From Meyerozyma guilliermondii (lineage: Eukaryota), in NCBI GenBank assembly GCA_051546255.1, contig CP128816.1:434001-498000 (forward strand): a stretch of DNA of 64,000 nt. Direction: 5' to 3'. Below are positions 51,100-61,419 of this stretch, in pieces. The notes beneath the pieces were generated by a model that was given only the letters and a program-made list of their open reading frames with translations, was not told where the DNA came from and ran no database searches. A program made the position numbers and the translations under genes. The stretch's first letter is position 1; every line of letters begins with the position of its first letter.

Positions 51100-51870
51100 C
51101 TACTCTCTTCCCTTTCTGAATGCAACACTACACACCGTGGAGCCCTTGGCACCTCCAAACTCAAACGAGGGAAACTCGATTCTGTCCCATTTTTCCAACA
51201 GGGTTCCGCTAGTTACAAGGTGAGTCAATTCTTCTTCAGTAAAGTTACAGGAGGTTATTAAGAAGATTGAGTCGGAATGCATAAGTTTTTCAATCTGCGA
51301 CGAGTACACCTGCATTCCTATACGACCATCAAATTGTGGAAGTGGTTCCTGGTTCAATGCTATAGCATCCAAGGTGCCTTTATCCAAAAGAATATCGAAT
51401 TTTTCTGACAAAAAAGCATCATCTGACAAGAGATCTACTCGCTGGAAAGTGAATTGGCGCAGAGAATACTTTTCCTGAGCAATATGGTGGGCAAACTGAA
51501 CAGAATCTGCCGAATAATCGATTCCCGTGTATTCAGCATTGACATCGAGTTCTTCTAGTTCATCGCCTAAAGCAAATAAAAGATGTCCGTTTCCAGTTCC
51601 CAAGTCCAAGACCTTGAAGGGAGCGTTTCCGTTAGTCGTTATTGCTTGTTCCTCGATTTTTTCGGCGATAAATTGCACCATTCTGTCTTCGGCACCGGAG
51701 TCATCGAACCAGCATTCTCCCGTATCGTCGTGGTCTCGAAAGTTCTGGTGTTCAGTTTTGTAGAATTTGTCCCAGCTGTGTTAGAATAGTGGGGAAAAGA
51801 AACCAGAACCGACTTACTATTCCTTGGTACCAAGTTTGGACGAATTCAACCGAATATCCATCTGGTTCAT
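51100..51870 (-). CDS. EFM4: eEF1A lysine methyltransferase; exon 1 51870(or 51861)-51818, intron 51817-51776, exon 2 51775-51100
   Basis: Splicing restores LNSSKLGTKEYWDKFY...DTGECWFDDSGAE; VLDLGTGNG, GIDYS, LDKGTLDAI, ITSCNFT. Confidence 0.93.
51776..51817 (-). other. 42-nt spliceosomal intron in EFM4
   Basis: GTAAGT donor, TTCTAAC branch, CAG acceptor; splits a TA|C Tyr codon. Confidence 0.9.
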
Positions 51871-51962
51871 CGATTCGCGGTGCGAAATTTCGAAATTCAA
51901 GTCAACGAGGACCAGCCTATTCGCTTCCAGTTTATTACATTTGCACCCTATTTTCACTTGCG

Positions 51963-53207
51963 ATGGAGGTAGAAGTTATAGACGGTCCCGAAGAGGCTCA
52001 TATTGACCAGGAAACCCAGGATAATTATCGCATATGGAAAAAAAACGCGCCGTTCCTATACGACTATCTCACCACCCATCCGTTACTATGGCCTTCTTTG
52101 AGTGTTCAGTTCTTCCCTGACCTCGAGAAACTCTCAGTTGGCAGCCAAGAGTCGCTGGATCCCGAAACCGTGGCGCAAAGACTTCTCGTGGGAACTTTTA
52201 CTCTTGGAAAATACACCGATTCCATCTCCATTCTTCGTCTTCCCTATTACACGAATCTCTCGCGCCATGTCAACATTGACCGACTCAATTACCACGCAGA
52301 CAAACAGGAGTTTGAAGTTACCAGTGCTTCGTCCAAGAAAATTTCCACTGTGCAAAAAATTAATCATCTTGGAGACGTCAACCGAGCTCGGTACATGCCA
52401 CAAAATCCCGACGTAATTGCAAGTTGTAACAACTTTGGCAGTGTCCTGGTGTACGACCGCACCAAGCACGCCAACGTGAAGACGGCATTGGCCGACACAG
52501 ACATTAGTCCTCCACAATTGCGTCTAGTAAGCACCACTAGTTCGCACGCCGATATATTTGCAATTGACTGGAATCGTCAACAAGAAGGAACCATAGCGTC
52601 GGGCTCAATGGACGGACAGATGTGTGTGTACGATATCCAGAAGATGCAAAAGGACAACGATGAGGTTCAACCAATATGGAGTACTAGTTCTGAGTCTGGA
52701 ATCAACGACCTCGAATGGGTTCCCAACCACGATAAATTATTTTTGTCAGCCAGTGACAACGGCGTGGTGCAATTGTACGACACTCGCCAGCAAAATGCTT
52801 TATCGACGTTTTTTCATTCTTGTGCCGTGAACAGTGTGAGTATCTGTCCTGGTCAAACCACCACTTTTGCGACTGGTGACAGCAATGGTCAAATCGATAT
52901 AAGAGACATTAGAATGGCCAATTCCATTCACCACATAACCAGCCATACCGACTCCATCACACAAATCAAATGGCACCCCAATCATCGACGAGTACTTGGT
53001 TCAGCGTCCAGCGACAAGACAATGCGAATATTCGACGTTGCCAACGATAAGCTCTTATTTATCCATGCTGGACATATGCTAGGAGTGAACGACTTTGACT
53101 GGTCTTTGCATGACGACTGGCTCGTGGCGACCGTAGGAGACGATAATTCTTTGCATGCATGGAAACCTGTGATTGAGAGCGATAAATTAGCGACTGCAAC
53201 AAGCTGA
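51963..53207 (+). CDS. MSI1: WD40 histone chaperone, CAF-1 subunit (RbAp46/48 family)
   Basis: YRIWKKNAPFLYDYL...WPSLSVQFFPDL, HLGDVNRARYMPQNP, FIHAGHMLGVNDFDW; QFFPDL favours MSI1 over HAT2. Confidence 0.82.
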   Translation: MEVEVIDGPEEAHIDQETQDNYRIWKKNAPFLYDYLTTHPLLWPSLSVQFFPDLEKLSVGSQESLDPETVAQRLLVGTFTLGKYTDSISILRLPYYTNLSRHVNIDRLNYHADKQEFEVTSASSKKISTVQKINHLGDVNRARYMPQNPDVIASCNNFGSVLVYDRTKHANVKTALADTDISPPQLRLVSTTSSHADIFAIDWNRQQEGTIASGSMDGQMCVYDIQKMQKDNDEVQPIWSTSSESGINDLEWVPNHDKLFLSASDNGVVQLYDTRQQNALSTFFHSCAVNSVSICPGQTTTFATGDSNGQIDIRDIRMANSIHHITSHTDSITQIKWHPNHRRVLGSASSDKTMRIFDVANDKLLFIHAGHMLGVNDFDWSLHDDWLVATVGDDNSLHAWKPVIESDKLATATS

Positions 53208-53590
53208 AAAACCAAAGTGGTATAATTCTGGTTAACTGACGATAAGAAGCTTGATATTTGGTATCTAGAGGAATCTTGAAGAGGTCTGCTCTTCAACACT
53301 GAAAATCATAGAATGCTCTTGAGCTAAACTAACTGAAATCAAGCTTATTTTTGGTTTGAGTTGACACTTGAATTATCATAGCATTTTATGTGATTGAGAT
53401 CGATGTTTAGTTTGCTAGTGTGGCACGGAAGGTAATTTATATTTGTTGGCAAGTACCATAGATGAAGAATACTCGTACTATAGCTTCTACCTATATTTAG
53501 TATTGTAGAACACTTGATCTCTCTTCATACTTTTCTATTGTTCTCATTCTACACCTTTCTACACTTCCTCTCTACTCATGTATTGTTCTA

Positions 53591-54295
53591 TTATGCCTTT
53601 GCGAACAACTTTTCCACCTCAGCAACAGACTCGGCCAACACGCGGTCTTGGAACTTGGGGTTCTCCAACTCCTTGTTAACCTTTTCCACAACAGACTTGA
53701 TCAATTGCTCCTGTTCCAATTGTCTTTGCTTCTGTTCGAATCTGACCCACGAGTCCAATGTGGACTTGGCGGCTTGGGCCACAGCAGCCTTTTGCTTCAA
53801 ATCAAACGATTCGGCTTCCAATTGGGCGGTTTCTTTGGACACGGCGAACAACAGTTTGGTGGTGGAAACCACGTCTTTCAACTGCGAAACAGACTCGATT
53901 CTGTCCTTGACGGCAGACACATGCTTATTACGTGACTCGTTCAACAAGTCGTTGACTTTCTTGACTTCTCCGTCGGCCCATTCGGTATACAATGGAGCGA
54001 CAAATTTGGCGATCAATGCCGAGAAAGTGGCAAAAGTAATGACCAAAATGGTTTCGTCATGGATAATGAGCAACTCATTGGAGATTCCGTACACGGCAGC
54101 AGCGGCAGAAGTGGCCAAAATTCCGGTTTTAGACAAGTAGTTGTTACCTGGTAAGGCATCAACGATGGAGTTGGCTTTTTCTTTGGGCTCAACTGGACCA
54201 GTAGCCATGAAACGCATAGCCGCCGGAGCGTTGCGGCTCATGTTTGAGACCACAGGACGGATACCGACACCTCTCAATGCCAATCTGGAAATCAT
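53591..54295 (-). CDS. ATP4: Mitochondrial ATP synthase subunit b
   Basis: PKEKANSIVDALPGN, ISNEL...DET, LDSWVRFEQ; presequence from ATG 54295; ATTGG (CCAAT box) near 54350. Confidence 0.95.
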   Translation of the reverse strand: MISRLALRGVGIRPVVSNMSRNAPAAMRFMATGPVEPKEKANSIVDALPGNNYLSKTGILATSAAAAVYGISNELLIIHDETILVITFATFSALIAKFVAPLYTEWADGEVKKVNDLLNESRNKHVSAVKDRIESVSQLKDVVSTTKLLFAVSKETAQLEAESFDLKQKAAVAQAAKSTLDSWVRFEQKQRQLEQEQLIKSVVEKVNKELENPKFQDRVLAESVAEVEKLFAKA

Positions 54296-54657
54296 TGTAG
54301 TTGGGTTGAGGAAACGAGAAATTGATTTTCGGTGTCGGCTCGCGACATGATTGGGCGATGTAGACTGCCTAAACGGGAAGGAAGTCAACCGCGAAGCGGT
54401 TGGAAATAAGAGGGAAAAAGGAAATTGAATAAGAACAGACAAAATGTCCATGATTTCTGTTGTTATGACGATTTCTATATGACCCCTTCAATAGACATTA
54501 TTTTATTTCCATTTTCTTTTCACTTCGGTATCTACATCTTCTCATCTACTCACTAAATTGTTCGCTCCATTACATTCAATTCCATCAAGTTCAATCTCAT
54601 TAATTTCAATCCCGAACATTCAATTCATTTTCAACAATTGAACTTCGTTCAATTGTC

Positions 54658-55020
54658 TCATTCTGCAATTTTTCTTCTCACTATTTCATAAATCGCTCGC
54701 TCAGTTCGTTCATGTGCTTGTCTAGTATACGGTTCAATTGTCTTTTTTAGATGCTCGTCGTGAACTACTTTCTGCCTAGCTTCTTCCTGTGGCTCTGCTA
54801 GAGCTTCGTAAGCTCGCCTATCAAATTCACCAAGTATATCCTCTTCTACCTTTTTGCCAAAATCTTCTGCTGTTGGACTTTGAAGTACTTCTGGTCGCAG
54901 CGACCCTTTTACGGCTGCCAGCAGCTCTGTATCATAGTTTCGGTTGCGGTTGGTGGTTCGTTTTTGTTTTAATTGTTGAAGTCTCGCTTTGCGTTCCAGA
55001 GCCTGTTGCTCGAGACTCAT
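54658..55020 (-). CDS. CWF18: Cwf18/CCDC12-like spliceosome-associated protein
   Basis: MSLEQQA(S)ERKARLQQLK, RNYD, LKK...RTERAIYEIVRRKI. Confidence 0.72.
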   Translation of the reverse strand: MSLEQQALERKARLQQLKQKRTTNRNRNYDTELLAAVKGSLRPEVLQSPTAEDFGKKVEEDILGEFDRRAYEALAEPQEEARQKVVHDEHLKKTIEPYTRQAHERTERAIYEIVRRKIAE

Positions 55021-55239
55021 AGAGAGAGCGAGCAGATGAGTTCGCGATGAGAAAGTGAGCGAGCAGTGAAAGAGGGCAGATGAAAAAAGAGCATACATGA
55101 AATGAGAAATGACAGCGGGTAGTTCTTCATATGATCTTACGAATTTAATGGCGTCAGTTCGTATGTTGGAGCATTTTTGTCATAAGTGAATAAATATATT
55201 CTTATCATATTGGTTGCAAATGATGAAACTGGCTGCACT

Positions 55240-56394
55240 CTACAAATTTGGCTTTCCAAAACCATCTTCTAGTGCCCTCCTCGTCAATACTTGCTTATAA
55301 TCAGAACCATGCGTTTTCATGTAAACCTCATCTGGATACCTTTTATCGCCAGTTTGCTCGAAAACTTCAATTCTTTCAGTTATAATCTTCTTCACTATAT
55401 CAGTGAAAACTTCTGGTTTTATCGCATTGAACATATGTGACCCTCCAGGAACATCGATTGGATGTACAACACCTGCTAAAGCTTCACGAATAGCCTGGAC
55501 GGCTTGGTCTGGAGCGGTATCTTTTTCTCCAACAATGTGGTAAACTGACGTTTCAATTTGACCAAACGAAGGAAATGCTCTGCGAATACTGGAGCCTGAT
55601 CCCATGAATGTCAAGTACTCTTGAGATGCTTGGGTGCTAGTTAATGCTTTGTTTGACACATCATAGTCAAGATGTTCATCTTCAAGCATGTTGCGAAGAA
55701 TAGTATCGTCAAATGCCCTGAAAAACGACTTTGTCTTGTAAAACGAATAAATGGCCAGCTTGTGGTCCTGTCCTTCTTCCACATCATACTCATTGGTTAT
55801 GGAACCTTTGTTGCGCCACATATTAATGCCCATAGTCAATAGCTGATCGCTCAATTCGTCAGCATAAGCAACGGGGTTCAATGCTATTATTGCGTCAAAA
55901 AGGGTTGGTTCAAAGTAGGCCGAAGTCAAGGAAACCATGCCACCGCAAGAATGCCCCAAGAAAATGTTAACAGCACCTGGCTTTAAAAACTCTTGCGCTT
56001 CATCGATTTTGACTACCTTGATAACGTCCTTAGCAAAGTCGATCCAGCTGACTTTATGACCCAATTTGCTCTTGTTAAGAACTGCCGACTGTCCGTGGTT
56101 GACGCAGTCAATTGCAACGGAATAATTGACATTGGGAATCAAATTGAACCACTTGTCAATGTGGTAATGCCATATACCTTTGTTCATTCCAACCCCATGA
56201 TGAAACACAAGATTCACCCTGGGACCACTCTTGGGTGCTTCTTTTCTTTTATAGGCTCTGTAGGCGATCTCCAATTGGTAATCGTCTTGGTTAAAGGATG
56301 GTTCCGCCAAAACCACTGAGCCGGGAAACCTTGGCCCAGTAGCTGTTGTAGTCTTGTCCAGGAAAGTGTATACGTATGATGAAGCCGGTATCAT
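55240..56394 (-). CDS. LPX1: Alpha/beta-hydrolase, Lpx1-like peroxisomal lipase
   Basis: NLVFHHGVGMNKGIW.Y, IDCVNHGQSAVLN..KLG, GHSCGG elbow, PGGSH. Confidence 0.75.
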   Translation of the reverse strand: MIPASSYVYTFLDKTTTATGPRFPGSVVLAEPSFNQDDYQLEIAYRAYKRKEAPKSGPRVNLVFHHGVGMNKGIWHYHIDKWFNLIPNVNYSVAIDCVNHGQSAVLNKSKLGHKVSWIDFAKDVIKVVKIDEAQEFLKPGAVNIFLGHSCGGMVSLTSAYFEPTLFDAIIALNPVAYADELSDQLLTMGINMWRNKGSITNEYDVEEGQDHKLAIYSFYKTKSFFRAFDDTILRNMLEDEHLDYDVSNKALTSTQASQEYLTFMGSGSSIRRAFPSFGQIETSVYHIVGEKDTAPDQAVQAIREALAGVVHPIDVPGGSHMFNAIKPEVFTDIVKKIITERIEVFEQTGDKRYPDEVYMKTHGSDYKQVLTRRALEDGFGKPNL

Positions 56395-56651
56395 GAAGGT
56401 GAAGTAAGCTGAAGTGAAGGTGAAGTGAAAGCTGAATTTAAAGTTCAGAGCACACTCGTTTCTAGCAATTCGCAGTTGGTAGTTAGATTGAAATCAAGCT
56501 CAATTTAGCTGCGAAATCATCGGCTGCGAAATTGCGGGGAGAAGAAGCGAGACCGAGGTAGCTATAGTAGCAACAAGAGAAGATGAAAACGACTTAAGTT
56601 AGTCAAAACGGTAGTTTTCGTCAATTGCAATTTTCTTTTCTTCCTCCTTTT

Positions 56652-57599
56652 CTAATTTCCCAAATACTGCTCCACCAACCCTGTGAAAAATTCCTCGGGT
56701 ATATCCATATGCTCTCCGTCCACTCGCAAAAAGGTCAATTTTCCTTCGTGGTTCATTTTCTCGAGACCAAGGTTGTCCTCTTTGTACAAATTGGTCTGTT
56801 CCATGGGAATAACGTTGCCGGAAAATGGATCTATTTCTCCAAACACCGCACTTTCTTTGGGATTGACAGTGGTATCTTGGCCAAATTCTACCATGACAAA
56901 CTTTTCTAGCTCTCCGAGTCTCTCCTTGTACTCTAAGTGCTTTTCGTCAGCTTCATTGTTGATGGGAGCCAAGAATCTCGAGCGGCAAACGTACTTTTGG
57001 TAATCATGAGTATCTCGAAAATACTGCGCCGGTATCACTGTATGCTGAACCAGATCGTGCCACACTTGTCTCTTCAAAAGCTCATTGCGTCGTTTACAAA
57101 GCCAATCTCTCTCATTGGCACATTTAGGAAGCTCCAGTACCCCCATATGGGGTGAACCAAAAGTTATAAGGTTCGTTACAGTAGCATTGGGACAGGTTTG
57201 TACTAAGGCTCGAGCAAATAGTCCTCCTTGGGAGAAACCTATCATGTCGAAACCATGCTCAAGTTCCGGAATTGATCCTATCTGCTCGCAAACTGACTCT
57301 AACTCATCCCAAGCGTCGCCTACAAGTGACTTTTGTTGGTCTTTCAGTGGATCCGTATCAAGACTTACACGATGGACAACGATTCCAGGGTACTTGTTTT
57401 CGATGATTTCACCAGTTTTGATCATTCCCGACGAGTTGTAGTTGTCCCCGAGTCCGTGCCACACTACTACCGGACGATACGGTGGAGCCTTCAGTGGAAT
57501 CGACAAAATTACTTGGTTTGGATTTTCATGTTCAGCTGGTGATATGGTAAATCTGGGCTCCAGAACACACCCTAATGCCAACAAGAGGCCTAAGCGCAT
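56652..57599 (-). CDS. Palmitoyl-protein thioesterase family protein
   Basis: PVVVWHGLGD, GFSQGGLF.R, LITFGSPHMG, PAQYFRD, FLAPINNE, GEHM; start uncertain. Confidence 0.9.
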   Translation of the reverse strand: MRLGLLLALGCVLEPRFTISPAEHENPNQVILSIPLKAPPYRPVVVWHGLGDNYNSSGMIKTGEIIENKYPGIVVHRVSLDTDPLKDQQKSLVGDAWDELESVCEQIGSIPELEHGFDMIGFSQGGLFARALVQTCPNATVTNLITFGSPHMGVLELPKCANERDWLCKRRNELLKRQVWHDLVQHTVIPAQYFRDTHDYQKYVCRSRFLAPINNEADEKHLEYKERLGELEKFVMVEFGQDTTVNPKESAVFGEIDPFSGNVIPMEQTNLYKEDNLGLEKMNHEGKLTFLRVDGEHMDIPEEFFTGLVEQYLGN

Positions 57600-57692
57600 T
57601 CCCACAAGTAAAGATAAAGAGCTCCAAAAGAAATATAAGGGTGGCCAATTTACCGTTCAGTAATTAGATTCGCGCTCCCCCGCATTGGCGCA

Positions 57693-57721
57693 GCTCATCG
57701 CATCGATCGCACGCTCATCGC
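57693..57721. promoter_or_regulatory. Two perfect PAC elements upstream of UTP30
   Basis: GCTCATCGC at 57693-57701 and 57713-57721. Confidence 0.75.
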
Positions 57722-57739
57722 TAATCATCTCAATTCACC

Positions 57740-58576
57740 ATGGGGGAACAAAACAAGTTCCATCTAGGTTCAGAAGCCGAGGCTGCGACCCAGAAGTCTA
57801 TACGGGCTCTTGTAGCACATTCTCGAAAAGCAGGAAAATCCGAGCCCATCTACCTCATAATCAATACTGTTAAACCCATGGTTCGCAAAAAAGATTACAC
57901 TCCAAGAATCATCCCTGTAACCAACAAAATCGGCAGATTGCAAGACAAATCTGTGCTTCTTGTGACAAAAGATCCCTCAACTCCCTACCGTCATGCCCTC
58001 ACCGAAAAAGATAGTGCTACAGAAGACGTTTTTAACCAGATCTATACGTTGACCAAATTGAAGTCGCTCGCCAAAGATCCCAAGAAACTCAGCTTAATGT
58101 TCAAGGAATATGATCTTGTGGTATCAGATAACCGAATCCACAAGTTTCTCCCCGATATCCTCGGCGCACAGTTTTTTTTGAAGAACAAGAAGATTCCATT
58201 CATGGTTCAAATGGCCCGTCCATCACCAGAGTCACAGGCTCAATTGACCAAATCCAAGCTGTCTACGAAACTCAAAGACAATCGCTGTGAGCCCAAGTAT
58301 GTGTATTCGCAAATGAAAGCCATAGCGAGAAACACCTATTTTATTCCGTCAGCAAAGGGAACTTGTGTTTCCATTGTCATCGGCCACACCGAAATGGAGA
58401 CACCAGCAATTGTTACCAACCTCAACGACGTAATTGGATACTTGGTTGACCTGAAAAACTTGCCTGTGGGAGGATTATTGCGGACAATTGAGAATATAGT
58501 GAGTGTCCATGTAAAAACCAGCGAGAGTGTGAGCATGGAGATCAAAAAGGAGAAAGGTATCGAAGAAAAAAACTAG
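57740..58576 (+). CDS. UTP30: Ribosomal L1-domain SSU processome protein
   Basis: KDYTPRIIP, SVLLVTKDPSTPYR, LPDILGAQF...KKIPFMVQMA. Confidence 0.88.
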   Translation: MGEQNKFHLGSEAEAATQKSIRALVAHSRKAGKSEPIYLIINTVKPMVRKKDYTPRIIPVTNKIGRLQDKSVLLVTKDPSTPYRHALTEKDSATEDVFNQIYTLTKLKSLAKDPKKLSLMFKEYDLVVSDNRIHKFLPDILGAQFFLKNKKIPFMVQMARPSPESQAQLTKSKLSTKLKDNRCEPKYVYSQMKAIARNTYFIPSAKGTCVSIVIGHTEMETPAIVTNLNDVIGYLVDLKNLPVGGLLRTIENIVSVHVKTSESVSMEIKKEKGIEEKN

Positions 58577-58916
58577 ATGATGAGTGATAATAGGGATGGA
58601 AGAAGATAAAGAAATTGTTGTAGTGACGGAATGTACACCTAATACGAGAATGAACTAGAACATAGATCTAATACTGAGAATAACTAATCTGAGACTGTAG
58701 ATCTGAATACTGTCAAATAGAATAGCTGGTGACAGTACTGATCTCATTATTTAGCAACAAAACCAATTCTCTCAGATCGAGTCCTACATTACTTTTCACT
58801 GTTTCCACTTTCGCATTTCGTTATTCATTCCTTCTTCAATATCTCATTTTCTCATTTTCTCTCACTTTCTAATCTCATTTTCCATCTTCTCACTCTCACC
58901 TCACTGATCTTCCGGC

Positions 58917-60743
58917 ATGGCCGAACCAACCGGCGCCAGTCGCCGCTCCTTGCAAATGCCCGACCAGATCCATGCATGGAGACACAATATAGGAGAGGCT
59001 TCAGGGCGAATACTCCACAACATTTTGGGAGATGCTGAGATCGAGCAGATTGAACACTTCAAATATGAACAAAACTTGCAACGGAAATTGACGGTTACAT
59101 CGGTGATTGGTCTTGGATTTTCACTCATGGGGGTTCCGTTTGGGCTCTCGTCCACTCTATGGATCTCGTTGACGGATGGTGGTAATGTTACATTACTTTA
59201 TGGATGGATAATTGTGGTGTTTTTCTCGCTTTGTGTAGTGCTCAGCTTGAGTGAAATTATATCGAAATATCCCACTTCGGGAGGTGTCTACCATTTCAGT
59301 GCTATCTTGGCAAACGAAAAGCACTCGCTCCGGTCGTCATGGTTCACAGGGTGGCTTTTGCTTATAGGAACCATGACATATGCCGTGAGCATTATGTTTT
59401 CAGGAGCTCAATTTATCTTGTCGATTTTTGGACTTAAAGACGCCTACTACAAGGAAAACGTATTGTACGTGTTGTTGGTGTACATGGGACTTCTCTTGGT
59501 ATGTGGACTCATCAATCGACAATTTTCAGGTCAACTTGAAAGAATCAACAAATTGTGCATTTTATGGTCCATTTATACCGTTCTAGCAATTGATTTTTTG
59601 CTCATATTTTACGCCAAAAGGACCAATTCTATCAAGGAAATTTTGACAAACTTCGATAATTCAAGGTCCGGATGGCCAGATCCAGTGGCATTTATGGTGG
59701 GGTTGCAAAGTTCTTCGTTCACACTCACCGGTTACGGTATGCTCTTTTCCATGACCGACGAAGTCAAAAATCCTGAACGAAATATGCCCAAGGGTGCTAT
59801 AAGTGCCACGTTCTTAGCTGGAGTCATGGGTATTATTTTTATTATTCCAATCCTCACCATTCTTCCCGAACTCACCCTACTTCTCGACAAGACACCTGAA
59901 GTGATGCCGATGGATTTGGTGTTCAAAATTGCTACAGAGTCATACATCATCTCGTTTTTACTTGCCTTGTTGCTAGTTGGTACTCTGTTCTTCCAAGCAA
60001 TTGGTTCCTTGACCACAGCTTCTCGTGCAACCTATGCCTTTGCCAGAGACGGCGGATTACCATTCAAACACTTGTGGGTTGAGGTTGATGCCATAGAAGA
60101 AAGCATAGTGCCCAAGAATGCCCTCTACCTCTCGATGGTGGTATGTGCTGCTTTGTCGCTATTAGCACTAGTTTCAGCTTCTGCTTTTAACGCCTTCTTG
60201 GGTGCCTCGGTTATCTGCTTGGCGCTTGCCAATGGAGTTCCTATATTATTATCGATGTTGAACGGCAGAAAAAGTATCAAGGGAGGAGCGTTCCGGCTCT
60301 CGGTCTTTGGCTGGGCAATCAATGGGTTGTCGATCTTTTGGATTGCGTTTCTGACAGTTATACTATGCATGCCTCCAGCGATCAAACATCTTACCTGGTT
60401 TTCCATGAACTATGCTCTGGTGGTTATTGCCGCTTTCATGGCTCTAGCGTCAATTGGGTATGCTACGTGGGGTTCCAAGAGTTTTACCGGGCCTCTGATT
60501 GACACCGATTACTTTGAACTACACAATCTCAGCGCGAGAAATATGGTGAATAACGATGCCTTTGTCCCAGGGTCCGACGAAGACAAGGACGACGAAGACC
60601 AGGACGACACATTTGTGCACGGTGGCCCCAGCGCAAAGAGCGAAGAGGATGAAGACAACCAAAATTTTCAAGTTTTGTCAGACGACACCGATAACGAAGT
60701 ACTATTTGAACGAAGATCAGAAGATATGGAAAACACAAAATAA
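58917..60743 (+). CDS. TPO5: APC-superfamily polyamine/amino acid permease
   Basis: EHFKYEQ, SLSEIISKYPTSGG, EVKNPERNMPK, ASRATYAFARDGGLP; about 12 TM segments and an acidic tail. Confidence 0.75.
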   Translation: MAEPTGASRRSLQMPDQIHAWRHNIGEASGRILHNILGDAEIEQIEHFKYEQNLQRKLTVTSVIGLGFSLMGVPFGLSSTLWISLTDGGNVTLLYGWIIVVFFSLCVVLSLSEIISKYPTSGGVYHFSAILANEKHSLRSSWFTGWLLLIGTMTYAVSIMFSGAQFILSIFGLKDAYYKENVLYVLLVYMGLLLVCGLINRQFSGQLERINKLCILWSIYTVLAIDFLLIFYAKRTNSIKEILTNFDNSRSGWPDPVAFMVGLQSSSFTLTGYGMLFSMTDEVKNPERNMPKGAISATFLAGVMGIIFIIPILTILPELTLLLDKTPEVMPMDLVFKIATESYIISFLLALLLVGTLFFQAIGSLTTASRATYAFARDGGLPFKHLWVEVDAIEESIVPKNALYLSMVVCAALSLLALVSASAFNAFLGASVICLALANGVPILLSMLNGRKSIKGGAFRLSVFGWAINGLSIFWIAFLTVILCMPPAIKHLTWFSMNYALVVIAAFMALASIGYATWGSKSFTGPLIDTDYFELHNLSARNMVNNDAFVPGSDEDKDDEDQDDTFVHGGPSAKSEEDEDNQNFQVLSDDTDNEVLFERRSEDMENTK

Positions 60744-60957
60744 CGAACTAAACATAAAACTAGAACTACAGTCTCTACATTTATAGATATTATACGAGCT
60801 TATGCACTCTTCTCCTCTCACTTTCACTTTCTTACTTTTTACTTTAACTTTCTCATTTTCTCACTCTCACCTCTCACTATTTCTCTCACTATTTCTCATA
60901 TTTCTCACCCATCCACCACTCGCCCGCACTCGAAAATTTTATTCACACTAAATCATC

Positions 60958-61419
60958 ATGTCGGCGGATCATGCTAGGGACCCATGTCCAATCGTCATTC
61001 TTAACGATTTCGGAGGTGCTTTTGCTATGGGAGTGATTGGAGGTTGCGTATGGCACGGAATCAAAGGTTTCAGAAACTCGCCATATGGTGAAAGAATGTA
61101 CGGTTCGATGGCGGCAGTCAAAGCCCGTGCTCCAGTTGTGGGAGGAAACTTTGGAGTTTGGGGAGGATTATTTTCTACATTCGATTGTACTGTCAAAGCC
61201 GTAAGAAGAAGAGAAGATGCATGGAATGCAGTTATTGCTGGATTTTTCACCGGTGGAGCTTTGGCTTTGAGAGGTGGATGGAAACATACTAGAAACTCGG
61301 CCATTACATGTGCCTGTTTGTTGGGTGTGTTTGAGGGTGTTGGTATGATGATGCAAAGACTTTCGGCACAACCTACAGTGGCTCCAGTGTACCCTGAGGA
61401 GCAGCCATTGTCGGCATGA
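60958..61419 (+). CDS. TIM17: Mitochondrial TIM23 translocase subunit
   Basis: [25 protein letters not shown]...[16 protein letters not shown]. Confidence 0.97.
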   Translation: MSADHARDPCPIVILNDFGGAFAMGVIGGCVWHGIKGFRNSPYGERMYGSMAAVKARAPVVGGNFGVWGGLFSTFDCTVKAVRRREDAWNAVIAGFFTGGALALRGGWKHTRNSAITCACLLGVFEGVGMMMQRLSAQPTVAPVYPEEQPLSA

